Of a stretch of DNA of 64,000 nucleotides, positions 1 through 12,037 are shown one piece after another (the first letter of the stretch is position 1; each line of letters opens with the position of its first letter). This DNA comes from Verrucomicrobiota bacterium. Its GTDB lineage: Bacteria > Verrucomicrobiota > Verrucomicrobiia > Opitutales > Coraliomargaritaceae. The stretch is from assembly GCA_039815375.1 (NCBI GenBank), contig JBCBZJ010000005.1, positions 32,001 through 96,000 on the forward strand, written 5' to 3'. The position numbers and the translations under genes are program-made. A model generated the notes under the pieces. It saw only the letters and a list, made by a program, of their open reading frames with translations, had not been told where the DNA came from and searched no databases.

Positions 1-867
<867 letters not shown>

Positions 868-937
868 TATCTATTTCTTTGAAATGAGTGGCTCTGAATT
901 TCTGAACTGGAGGTGACTGTTATAAGTGGTGCCAGGA

Positions 938-1129
938 TGACGCTAAATTTAACAGGAGGAAGCAGAGAAAACAGAGGGTTTAGTGACGCTATCTCTAACA
1001 GGAGGAAGCAGTTAGAATTGAAGCATGGATTGATGCTATTTCTAACAGGAGGAAGCAGAGATAGCAGAGGAGTTCGTGATGAATACTGTGTGGTGATTTA
1101 TAAACAGGAGATAACAGAGAGAGCAGAGG
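938..1129. repeat. Four degenerate direct repeats, consensus approx. TGA(C/T)GCTAxxTxTAACAGGAGGAAGCAGAGAxAGCAGAGG
   Basis: Copies start at 938, 984, 1031 and 1094 (spacing 46, 47, 63); TAACAGGAGGAAGCAG is exact in the first three copies. Confidence 0.9.
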
Positions 1130-1552
1130 CTAGGCTGACGCTGTTGCGGAAGAATGTTTATTGTAGAGTCGGCTCACGCCTTCGGTGAGGCGGGCGACGT
1201 TGAAGTTGATTAGAAGTCCGACCGGGAATCGGAGGAGTCGGAGGTAGGAGAGGGTTTGCGCTTTATGCACGGGAGTGACTGCTTCGACGGACTTAAGCTC
1301 GGTGAGGACTTTATCATCGACGATTAGATCACAGCGCAGGCTCTCCTCAAAGACGAGGTCCTTGTATGCGATATTGACCTGTGTCTGTTGCTCGACCTGA
1401 TGCCCGCGAAGTTGCAGTTCATGAATCAAGCAACGCTCATAAATCGATTCCAAGAGACCAGGCCCGAGCGCACGGTGCACTTCGATCGCCGCAGCAATCA
1501 CTTTGTGTGTGAGCTCAGGATAAATGTCCTGGTTGTTGGATACGTCGTCCAT
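1130..1552 (-). CDS. GxxExxY family protein (PD-(D/E)XK-like nuclease fold)
   Basis: AAIEVHRALGPGLLESIYE (GxxExxY motif), RCDLIVDDKVLTELKS, AQTLSYL, GLLINFN. Confidence 0.93.
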   Translation of the reverse strand: MDDVSNNQDIYPELTHKVIAAAIEVHRALGPGLLESIYERCLIHELQLRGHQVEQQTQVNIAYKDLVFEESLRCDLIVDDKVLTELKSVEAVTPVHKAQTLSYLRLLRFPVGLLINFNVARLTEGVSRLYNKHSSATASA

Positions 1553-1578
1553 CTCTGTTCTCTCTGCTATCTCCTGTT
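1553..1578. repeat. Inverted copy of the 938-1129 repeat unit, between the gyrB stop and the GxxExxY start
   Basis: CTCTGTTCTCTCTGCTATCTCCTGTT is the reverse complement (24/26) of AACAGGAGATAACAGAGAGAGCAGAG at 1103-1128. Confidence 0.92.
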
Positions 1579-1583
1579 AGAAT

Positions 1584-4136
<2,553 letters not shown>

Positions 4137-4302
4137 TTATCCTTTTTGGTGCGATCTGACTACTAAAAAGTGCCCAAAAGTGTCGTTTTTTTATTGTTTA
4201 GAGGCGCTTGTAGAAGCGACTTATGCAAAGAACTACGATTGCTGCTGGGGGTGTTCAGAGAATCAAGTTTACTTCTTGAGTAAAGAGCCTAACTTAAGCG
4301 CC

Positions 4303-4716
4303 GTGAAACTTTCGCATAAGCTCGAATATGCCTGCCGTGTTTTGGCTCAATTGGCCCGTTTTCAGGGCCAGTCGAAGCTGGCGCATATTGACACTCTGGC
4401 AGAGGCCGAGAAGATACCGGCGAATTATCTGGTCCAGATCCTTAACGAGTTGCGGACTGCGGGGCTGATTACGAGCAAGCGCGGCAAGCAGGGGGGCTAT
4501 GCGCTCGCTAGAGCGCCCGAAAAGATCGGTTTGGTCGAGATTGTGGAAGCGGTCGATCCGGAGCTTCTGGAGTGTAATTTCGATGCGGTGGGCCATTCCG
4601 GCGAACGCGTGGCCGAGCTCTGGAGTGAGATCGGCAAGAGCTTTGAGGCGAAAATCAAAGATTATACGCTGAGCGATTTCGTCGTCTCCGACCCGGGTGA
4701 GATGTATTATATCTGA
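4303..4716 (+). CDS. Rrf2 family transcriptional regulator (CymR-like, no three-Cys Fe-S motif)
   Basis: MKLSHKLEYACRVL...IPANYLVQILNELRTAGLITSKRGKQGGYALARAPEKI; start placed at GTG 4303. Confidence 0.9.
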   Translation: MKLSHKLEYACRVLAQLARFQGQSKLAHIDTLAEAEKIPANYLVQILNELRTAGLITSKRGKQGGYALARAPEKIGLVEIVEAVDPELLECNFDAVGHSGERVAELWSEIGKSFEAKIKDYTLSDFVVSDPGEMYYI

Positions 4717-4743
4717 GCTACGCTTAGATGTTCTTAATCTTAA

Positions 4744-4870
4744 TCATGCTCCTAATCGTTCCCTTTTAGTTCCGTACTCTGATTGCTCCTCGTCTATGCG
4801 GTCAGATGAGTTGCTTTGGATTAGACCGATCAGCATCGCGACGATTTCGAAGAGGCTTTCTCCGGCTGCA
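4744..4870 (-). pseudogene. C-terminal remnant resembling a four-helix-bundle (23S rRNA IVS-like) protein
   Basis: AAGESLFEIVAMLIGLIQSNSSDRIDEEQSEYGT resembles the C-termini of this family (recalled, not searched); followed by GATTAG/GATTAA hexamer repeats; no recognisable N-terminal half. Confidence 0.5.
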
Positions 4871-4994
4871 AAACCGATAGGGCCTTGAATGGCGTAGCAA
4901 AGCCTCTGGAGGCTGCGATACAGGAGTTGCCGATCAATATGGCTTGTCGCTCTATCGACGCCTATGCGGCATTCTCCGGCCTCATCCTCAAAGA

Positions 4995-5029
4995 AAAACG
5001 CCACGGAGTTCAGGACTCCGTGGCGTTTT
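4995..5029. terminator. Rho-independent terminator (likely bidirectional)
   Basis: AAAACGCCACGGAGT-TCAGG-ACTCCGTGGCGTTTT perfect 15-bp stem with A/T tails, 20 nt after the PEP-CTERM gene stop. Confidence 0.9.
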
Positions 5030-5049
5030 CGTAAAAGTGTTTGAAACAG

Positions 5050-5856
5050 TTAGCTGTTTCTTGAGAGTCTTCGGCGGGATAGAGACAAAGACACGGCCAA
5101 GATACCACTGATCAGTCCAAAGCTGGATGGTTCGGGGACAGCGCCGTATACAAAAGCATTGGTTCCGTCACTCAACGCAGTCAAGGTTGTCCATTCGGTA
5201 TCGCCGGGGTCATTTGTTACGGTTTCTGTCGCTGCATAGTTCCAACTGCCACCTCCAAAAGTGAAGAGGTTGAGAGCACTCCCCACCTGACCGTTTGCCC
5301 ATCCATAAATGATACTATCCGAGCCGTTGTTTAAGGCGGCAATGCCTGCAGTCCAGTCTGTACCGGGGTCTCCTGTGATTGACTCGGTACCACCGGTGAA
5401 AGTCCAGGTTCCTGCACCGAAGGTGTAAACATCAAGAGCAGTGCCAATACTACCGCTTTCCCAGCTGTAGAGAACGGCAACTGTTCCATTGTCCAGGGTT
5501 GCAAAACCTGATGACCAATCTGTTCCGGAGTCGGCGGTAACTGTTTCGGCATTGTTAAATACCCAGTTGCTACTGCCGCCCAAAATGTAAACATCCAAGC
5601 TGCTTCCCACGGAACCGGAACTCCAGCCATAGCGGACGCTGTCTACGCCGTTATGCAATGAAGCGGCACCGCTATTCCATTCGGTGCCGGGATCACTTTG
5701 CGTTACATCCGTTGTTACGTAGTCCCATTCGGAAGGTGCGGATGCCGCAAATTGAAATACATTCAAATCGGGGTTTGTATTTATGGCACCGTGCAAGGTT
5801 GCTCCCAAAGCTGGTATCGCAAAAAGTAATGAGAGGGGTTTATATCGAACAATCAT
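5050..5856 (-). CDS. PEP-CTERM sorting domain protein with four ~54-aa internal repeats
   Basis: Signal peptide MIVRYKPLSLLFAIPALGATLHG; C-terminal VPEPSSFGLISGILAVSLSLSRRR. Confidence 0.92.
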   Translation of the reverse strand: MIVRYKPLSLLFAIPALGATLHGAINTNPDLNVFQFAASAPSEWDYVTTDVTQSDPGTEWNSGAASLHNGVDSVRYGWSSGSVGSSLDVYILGGSSNWVFNNAETVTADSGTDWSSGFATLDNGTVAVLYSWESGSIGTALDVYTFGAGTWTFTGGTESITGDPGTDWTAGIAALNNGSDSIIYGWANGQVGSALNLFTFGGGSWNYAATETVTNDPGDTEWTTLTALSDGTNAFVYGAVPEPSSFGLISGILAVSLSLSRRRLSRNS

Positions 5857-6098
5857 AGTGTCTATTATTTTTACGGTTAGTAAGTACCTATTAATTAAAT
5901 AGGTAATATAACCCTTTAACATATAGTAATGGCGACAAGAACTATTCTTAAATCTGATATTATTTACATTTGTTTTACATTAAAATGCCAGTGGTATGCT
6001 TCGTTAGCGAATGTCTGGATGCAAGGCTCCGGGTAGTCGGACGAATACCTCTTTAGCCTAAGCAATTATACGATTGCTCTTTCCCGCGGATCAAAGAC

Positions 6099-7916
6099 CT
6101 AGAATTCCCAGAACATTGGAACGACGAGCACGGTGACGGTGAAGCAAATCAGATTAAGTGGCAGGCCGACTTTGGTGAAGTCGAGGAATTTGTAGCCTCC
6201 GACGCCGTAGACATAGGTATTGGTCTGGTAGCCGATCGGTGTGGCGAAGCTCGCTGAAGCGGCGATACAGGAAGCGACGACAAGAGGGCGCGGGTCGACG
6301 CCCAGGGTGGCGGCTATTCCCAGGGCAATAGGTACCATCAAAGCGACTGCGGCGTTGTTCGAAAGGAACTCGGTAAAAGTCGAGGTAATGGCATAGACCA
6401 CGGCAAGCATGACGACGGCCTGAAGGTGTTCAGGGGCGATGCTCCGAATCAGTCCGACCATGCTGTCGGCGATCAATTGGCTGGCTCCCGTGCTATCCAT
6501 GGCCTGACCGAGGGCGAGCATGCCAAAAATAATGATGAGGATGGACCACTCGACGGAGGCATAGGCATCTTTTGGCTTGATGCAGCCTGTTAACATCAGT
6601 GCCGCCACGCCGAGGGCTACTGCGGCCACGATGGGAACGACATTCATGGTTGCGAGCGTAACGATGGCGGCGGCCGTCCCAATTGCAACAGGCATGCGGG
6701 TGCGGACGCTGCGGGCCGGCACCCGTGGCCGGTCGAGAATGATGATCTCGTCACTGTTGGCTAGGGAATCAATGGCTTTAGTCGAGCCCATCATGAGGAG
6801 CGTGTCACCCTCCTGGAGGCGTAGGCTGGCGAGGCGTTCCCGTTGGTTGGTCCCTTTGCGGTGAAGTGCGACGACAACCATCCGGAACCGTTGGCGGAAG
6901 TTAATTTCACCGAGGGTTTTCCCAACGATAGAAGCATGTGGAGCGACTACACCTTCAACAATGGCACCTTCATCTGTTGCGATGGTCTGGAGGCCTTCGG
7001 AAAGCTCTTCGGGCAGACTGATTCCTTTGTTTGAGTGAGCTTCGGCAACGCCCGAAGGTCGGCAGGAGAGGACGAGTCGGTCGCCGTATTGGAGCTTCTG
7101 CTCCTTTGGATTGCCGGGAACCGCAACGCCGTGACGCACAATTTCAAGAAGCCGCACGCCGCGACCTCGAAGGAGTTTACTCTCGGATGCGATTTGCCCG
7201 TGAAGCTCGGACCCGGGTTCGACGAAGGCTTCGGTGATAAACTCTTTGCGCTCTTCATCGCTCAGGATCGAAGTCAACGTTTCCCGGTGCGGCAGAAGCT
7301 TGTTGCCGAAAATAACGAGGTAAATCGAACCACAGGCAAGAATAGGCAGGCCGACGGCCGCCAGCTCGAACATTCCGATCGGAGCATGCCCTGAATCACG
7401 AAGTATTCCGCTGGCCAGAAGATTGGTGCTGGTGCCAAGAAGTGTGCAGGTGCCGCCAAAAATGGATGCATAGGAAAGCGGTATGAGCAGTTTTGAGGAG
7501 GCAACTCCCATCTCTCTGGCCAAAGAGAGCATGACCGGCATCAACACGATGACGACGGGTGTGTTATTTACAAAAGCAGATACGCCAGCCACTCCGATGA
7601 CCATGATGAAAAGAAAGCCACGGTATGGCAGGCGAACCAGCTTACGGAGCGCAGCAGTAATCAGGTCGATCGCGCCGGTCCGTTCGAGTGCCGCGCTGAC
7701 AATGAACATACCGGCAATGGTGATCGGTGCTGAATTCCCAAATACTCCGAGTGTTGCATCGAGGGAGGGCAACTCGGTGCTTCCGGTCAGCATACTGACA
7801 AAAATGAGCACACCAAACACCGTCAACGAGGTGAGGTCCGCTGAAATCTTTTCCAGAATAAAGCTGATGATGGCAAAGCCCAGAAGTCCGAAGACAAAAA
7901 CGATTTCCCAGGTCAT
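6099..7916 (-). CDS. SLC13/CitMHS-type permease with two TrkA-C (RCK_C) domains
   Basis: [49 protein letters not shown]; central soluble RCK_C region. Confidence 0.92.
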   Translation of the reverse strand: MTWEIVFVFGLLGFAIISFILEKISADLTSLTVFGVLIFVSMLTGSTELPSLDATLGVFGNSAPITIAGMFIVSAALERTGAIDLITAALRKLVRLPYRGFLFIMVIGVAGVSAFVNNTPVVIVLMPVMLSLAREMGVASSKLLIPLSYASIFGGTCTLLGTSTNLLASGILRDSGHAPIGMFELAAVGLPILACGSIYLVIFGNKLLPHRETLTSILSDEERKEFITEAFVEPGSELHGQIASESKLLRGRGVRLLEIVRHGVAVPGNPKEQKLQYGDRLVLSCRPSGVAEAHSNKGISLPEELSEGLQTIATDEGAIVEGVVAPHASIVGKTLGEINFRQRFRMVVVALHRKGTNQRERLASLRLQEGDTLLMMGSTKAIDSLANSDEIIILDRPRVPARSVRTRMPVAIGTAAAIVTLATMNVVPIVAAVALGVAALMLTGCIKPKDAYASVEWSILIIIFGMLALGQAMDSTGASQLIADSMVGLIRSIAPEHLQAVVMLAVVYAITSTFTEFLSNNAAVALMVPIALGIAATLGVDPRPLVVASCIAASASFATPIGYQTNTYVYGVGGYKFLDFTKVGLPLNLICFTVTVLVVPMFWEF

Positions 7917-8729
7917 TTAGAGTGTGGTTGCTTGGATATGTGCAGAATTGGCGGGGTCTTCCTTTTCCTCATGTCTTGCCCAAAAATAGAAGCAAGAGCC
8001 GATTATTGTAAGCGAAAATCCCATATTCACGACTTTCATGATGATGCCGCCGAGGATTTGGTCGTTCAGCGGGTCTAGATCAATGATACGTGGTGCCCAA
8101 ACATAAGTTGGGTAGATTGCCTCGCCGGCAAAGGAAAGAAAGGCGAACACGGGGATTTGGCCGACCATGAGAAGGAAGATAGTAACAATACGAACCGGGT
8201 AGCTCCGTTTCGGAACCAGCTTTGACGGAGTGAGAAAAGGCCAAAGCATAAGCATACCGAGTCCGAACATCGTCCAGTGCTCCAGCACGTGAATGAGCTT
8301 GTCCTGAAGTGCGGCTTCGTAGAGTGCAGGGATGTGCCAGACGGTGTAGACGAAGGTAAAGAGGAGTCCGCCGCAGGCAGGGTGGGTGAGAGTGCGTACG
8401 ACTCGCCGGATTAGGCCCGGTTGCAGCAATCGGTCGATCATCCAGTGAGGCGTGCCAGCATAGAAAAGAATGGGAGCGAAATAGATGAGCAACATGTGTT
8501 GTGCCATATGGGCCGAGAAAAGGAACTGTTCACCAATTTGATCGAGTGGTGAACCGACTGCGAGATAGGTTAGCACGAGCCCGGAATAGAAGGTGATTGC
8601 CCGACCCATCGGGAAACCAATTGATCCTGCAAGGCGCTCACGGAAGGGGCCGACGCCGAGTGCGTAGAGCCAGCCCACGCCGAGGAGTGTGATGAGGAGG
8701 AGTGGTTCCGTATGCCAATGAAGTTGCAC
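7917..8729 (-). CDS. ctaG: Cytochrome c oxidase assembly factor CtaG (caa3 type)
   Basis: SPLD...[37 protein letters not shown]. Confidence 0.88.
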   Translation of the reverse strand: MQLHWHTEPLLLITLLGVGWLYALGVGPFRERLAGSIGFPMGRAITFYSGLVLTYLAVGSPLDQIGEQFLFSAHMAQHMLLIYFAPILFYAGTPHWMIDRLLQPGLIRRVVRTLTHPACGGLLFTFVYTVWHIPALYEAALQDKLIHVLEHWTMFGLGMLMLWPFLTPSKLVPKRSYPVRIVTIFLLMVGQIPVFAFLSFAGEAIYPTYVWAPRIIDLDPLNDQILGGIIMKVVNMGFSLTIIGSCFYFWARHEEKEDPANSAHIQATTL

Positions 8730-8745
8730 GAAAAGAAATAAAAAA

Positions 8746-8769
8746 GACGACAGAATCTATCCTGTCGTC
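8746..8769 (-). terminator. Probable intrinsic terminator after coxIV
   Basis: GACGACAG-AATCTATC-CTGTCGTC stem; the adjacent A-run on + gives a U-tail on the minus strand. Confidence 0.65.
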
Positions 8770-8796
8770 CCTTGAAAGCTAGAAATTAAATTCAGT

Positions 8797-9153
8797 CTAA
8801 AAGCCGGTAATTGCGTCGAAATCGACTTTGCTTCTGGAAAAGAGAAAGAGTAGCGCCGTGTAGGTGCCCGTCGCGATGGCCATGCCGGTCATAAATGCGA
8901 GGGTGAGGATGAGTTTATCGTAGATCAGGTGCATGAACCATGCAATGACCGCGCCGAATTTGAAAAGAGAGAGCGCAAGCAAAGTGCTGAAGACGAAAGC
9001 CTCGTGAAAGGGCAGGTAGACCAGAACAAGCTCTACACCCGTGATGGCCGCGAGTGCGAGCGCCAGATTGACGAAGGTATGATACTTCTCGTTCTCGGCG
9101 TTCTTACTTGAGTCCGGTGAGATGGGGATAGGTTCGTAAGCTACGTCTGTCAT
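8797..9153 (-). CDS. Cytochrome c oxidase subunit IV family protein
   Basis: [27 protein letters not shown] motif; three TM helices; cox cluster context. Confidence 0.88.
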   Translation of the reverse strand: MTDVAYEPIPISPDSSKNAENEKYHTFVNLALALAAITGVELVLVYLPFHEAFVFSTLLALSLFKFGAVIAWFMHLIYDKLILTLAFMTGMAIATGTYTALLFLFSRSKVDFDAITGF

Positions 9154-9409
9154 TGTCAGTAGGCTGTGCTTGGTTATATTCAAGTCCGAGAAAAATACTA
9201 CCAAGCCGGAGGTCAATTTAATTGCGAAGCAGTCGATGTTTAACACTCAAAATCAATATAAGAGCTTCGACTGATTTATCTTCGCGATTGGAACAAGAGA
9301 TCATGATCTGCGAAAAGTGAGGTCGGGATTGCTAATTTGGTGAAGTTTTGAAACGATCACGTTCGATAATTGATCCGTTTTAAATTTCATATCTCAACAT
9401 TAGTTCGGT

Positions 9410-11395
9410 TTGAGTATAATTGAATCATTTCGAGCACCGCTTGTGCTCGCAGCAGTAGCAGGCCTCTCGTCCGGGCTCGAAGCTCAGCGCTTGATTGATA
9501 GCGATGGATCAGACATGACTTTTCGCGAGACGCGGTATGTGGAGAAGGTCGCTGCCGAACGTGTCGCTTCGAAAGAAAAACGATTGCCGATCGTCACGCC
9601 TCGGATTGTAGGTGGAGACGACGCAGAAGCGGATGCGTATCCGTGGATGGTTGGTTTGCTGACTCGTGGCGAGACCGATAGGTTTCAGGCACAGTTTTGC
9701 GGGGCCGCTTTGATCCATCCGTATTGGGTACTCACTGCGGCACACTGCCTGGAGGGGGATCGCCCAGAGAATATCGATACCCTCATCGGTGCGACTGATC
9801 TGGGGGTAAATAATCAGGGCGAGCGGATCCCTGTTGTTGAGATCATTATGCACCCTGAATTCGACAATATCACTTTCGAGAATGATGTGGCGCTTCTGCG
9901 ACTTGCGACACCTTCATCTGCGCCGATCTTAAGGCTGATTAGTGACGTTGCCCTCGAGCAGCCTGACACCGCGGCCACTGTTCTTGGTTGGGGCGCATTG
10001 GACGAGGACAACACAAGCTTTCCGGCAGATTTGCAGGAGGTAATGGTTCCTCTGGTTTCTCTTGGCGATGCGAATGCTGCCAATCGTTACGACGGTGAAT
10101 TGACGTCGAACATGATTGCGGCAGGCAACATCAGCATTGGCGGGGTCGATAGCTGTCAGGGAGATAGCGGCGGTCCGCTGGTGCTGGAGGATATAGATGG
10201 GGAGTGGGCGCTTGCTGGAGTCGTGAGCTTTGGTGAAGGCTGTGCCCGGGCCGATTTTCCCGGAATTTATACGAGAATCAGCCAGTTCCGTGGCTGGGCT
10301 TTACAGTTTGTGATGCCGGAATATTACGGATGGGAGCTTTCGAATAACGTATTCGGCGAAGCGCGTGATTTCGAGGGTGATCGGCTTGTTAACTTTACCG
10401 AGTTTTCGATGGGGCAGGACCCCCAACAGGGAGGTGGAGCTGGGGTCGAAGTGAGCCATGTGCAAGGGGCTGCTTTTTTCAGTTTCACACGCCCGGATGC
10501 AGCACGCTCGGAGTCGAGCTACAGGCTGCTCTATAAGTCCGATCTGAATGTTACGACTTGGACGGAATTGGATTTTGAGGAGACTTTGTCCGCAACTGAG
10601 GACTTAACCACTGAGGAGCGCCTGACTTTTGAATTTCCGGCTGGAGATCAAGGCTTCGTTCGGGTCGATCCGGAGTGGGCGGAATATCTGAGTCATGCGA
10701 CGCGTCCTCTTCCGCCCTTTCAGACTGCTTACTCTGCTTTGACCGACAATCTACGCTTTGATTCGGTGAATCGACCGTATCAGGATTTTTTGCTCGAGGA
10801 GGTCGATGGCAGCTCCCGCTATGTTTATGGCGAATCGGATGAATTCGATATACGCTTGGAGCTCTACGATTCGTCGAATGGCCAACTTCTTGCCAGTGCG
10901 GTTGGCGACAATTATAACTCTACCGACGAATTGTTGGAATTCACTTCTGCGACTCCAGTCGTGTTGCGTGTTCTACCGGATTTTGCTTCCGGTCGAGGAA
11001 GCTATTCGGTGTTTTTCTCAGATCGGGAAAGGGCTCCAAATGAGAGCATCGGGCAGAGCCAGACAGTGACCGGTCAGCTGACGAGTGAAAGCGAGTTGGA
11101 TCCACTGTTTTTGCCGAACGACTCGTATTACAAGCAGGACTATATCCTCGAAGTGCCCGCTGGCTTTTCTACACCCATCGTTGTGACACTGACTTCAAAT
11201 GATTTCGATACCTACCTCGAGTTGATCGACATTGAAACAGGCAATCTGCTCGACGAAAATGATGATATCAGTTCCCTTAATCTGAACTCACGCTTAACCG
11301 TACAACCCTTTGATTTCGGTTTTGTGCTGATCCGGGTGACGACTGCCTTTGAATTTGAAACCGGTAGCTTTTCTCTGGAGACACGTCCGGAGTAG
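9410..11395 (+). CDS. Secreted S1A (trypsin-like) serine protease with C-terminal PPC-like domains
   Basis: Signal peptide; R-IVGG activation site; LTAAHC, NDVALL and DSCQGDSGGP triad motifs; two C-terminal FD(I/T)xLEL...ND modules. Confidence 0.93.
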   Translation: MSIIESFRAPLVLAAVAGLSSGLEAQRLIDSDGSDMTFRETRYVEKVAAERVASKEKRLPIVTPRIVGGDDAEADAYPWMVGLLTRGETDRFQAQFCGAALIHPYWVLTAAHCLEGDRPENIDTLIGATDLGVNNQGERIPVVEIIMHPEFDNITFENDVALLRLATPSSAPILRLISDVALEQPDTAATVLGWGALDEDNTSFPADLQEVMVPLVSLGDANAANRYDGELTSNMIAAGNISIGGVDSCQGDSGGPLVLEDIDGEWALAGVVSFGEGCARADFPGIYTRISQFRGWALQFVMPEYYGWELSNNVFGEARDFEGDRLVNFTEFSMGQDPQQGGGAGVEVSHVQGAAFFSFTRPDAARSESSYRLLYKSDLNVTTWTELDFEETLSATEDLTTEERLTFEFPAGDQGFVRVDPEWAEYLSHATRPLPPFQTAYSALTDNLRFDSVNRPYQDFLLEEVDGSSRYVYGESDEFDIRLELYDSSNGQLLASAVGDNYNSTDELLEFTSATPVVLRVLPDFASGRGSYSVFFSDRERAPNESIGQSQTVTGQLTSESELDPLFLPNDSYYKQDYILEVPAGFSTPIVVTLTSNDFDTYLELIDIETGNLLDENDDISSLNLNSRLTVQPFDFGFVLIRVTTAFEFETGSFSLETRPE

Positions 11396-11405
11396 AGCTT
11401 CGAAA

Positions 11406-12008
11406 CTAGATAAATTCGATGAGATAGACGGCCGTGAAAATCACAATCCAAACGATGTCGACGAAGTGCCAGTAGAGTCCGGCTACCTCGACATCAACAG
11501 CACTGTGATGCGCATCCATCTTGCCCGAGTAGGAATAGAAATACATGCACAGCAGCCAGAAAATTCCTATGGCTACGTGGACCCCGTGAGTGCCTGTCAT
11601 TAAATAAAAAGTCGAACCGAAGGTATTGGTCGAGAGCGTGAGACCTTCATGAACGAAATGAGCGAATTCATAGACCTGACAGCCGAGGAAGATGAGGCCG
11701 AAAAAGATAACGCCAATGACATTACGGCGGAAGCTCTTTAGCTCGCCCTTATGCATCGCCGAAACGGCGAGTGCCATGAGGAAGGAGCTCATCAGGAGGA
11801 TGAAGGTCGAGAAAGAGGTCAGCTCAAGGCTAAAGATATCTGTCGGCTCGTAGGCTTCCGGATAGAGCTTCCGGTAGATCAGGTGGGTCGAGATCAAGGT
11901 GCCGAAAAACATGCAATCGGAACCAAGAAAGAACCACATAAAGAGCTTTTTGTTGTCGATGAGAAGACTCTCATGAGCGTCATCGTGATGTGCTGCAGCT
12001 TCAGACAT
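11406..12008 (-). CDS. ctaE: Cytochrome c oxidase subunit III
   Basis: MWFFLGSDCMFF, FYLMTGTHGVHV, GLYWHFVDIVW. Confidence 0.95.
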   Translation of the reverse strand: MSEAAAHHDDAHESLLIDNKKLFMWFFLGSDCMFFGTLISTHLIYRKLYPEAYEPTDIFSLELTSFSTFILLMSSFLMALAVSAMHKGELKSFRRNVIGVIFFGLIFLGCQVYEFAHFVHEGLTLSTNTFGSTFYLMTGTHGVHVAIGIFWLLCMYFYSYSGKMDAHHSAVDVEVAGLYWHFVDIVWIVIFTAVYLIEFI

Positions 12009-12037
12009 GTTCAAAAAATGATAAGATTGACCGAGGT

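Noticed and set aside
938..1129. Canonical CRISPR array
   Set aside because: Repeats are degenerate and non-palindromic, spacers are 6-23 nt and irregular, and there are no cas genes in the window; kept as a non-CRISPR repeat finding.
913..1188. 91-aa ORF with LTGGSR repeats
   Set aside because: It is only the translation of the DNA repeats, antisense to the operon.
5985..6095. Possible structured ncRNA upstream of the PEP-CTERM gene
   Set aside because: Only a short AGCAAT...ATTGCT hairpin; no recognisable riboswitch or ncRNA motif.
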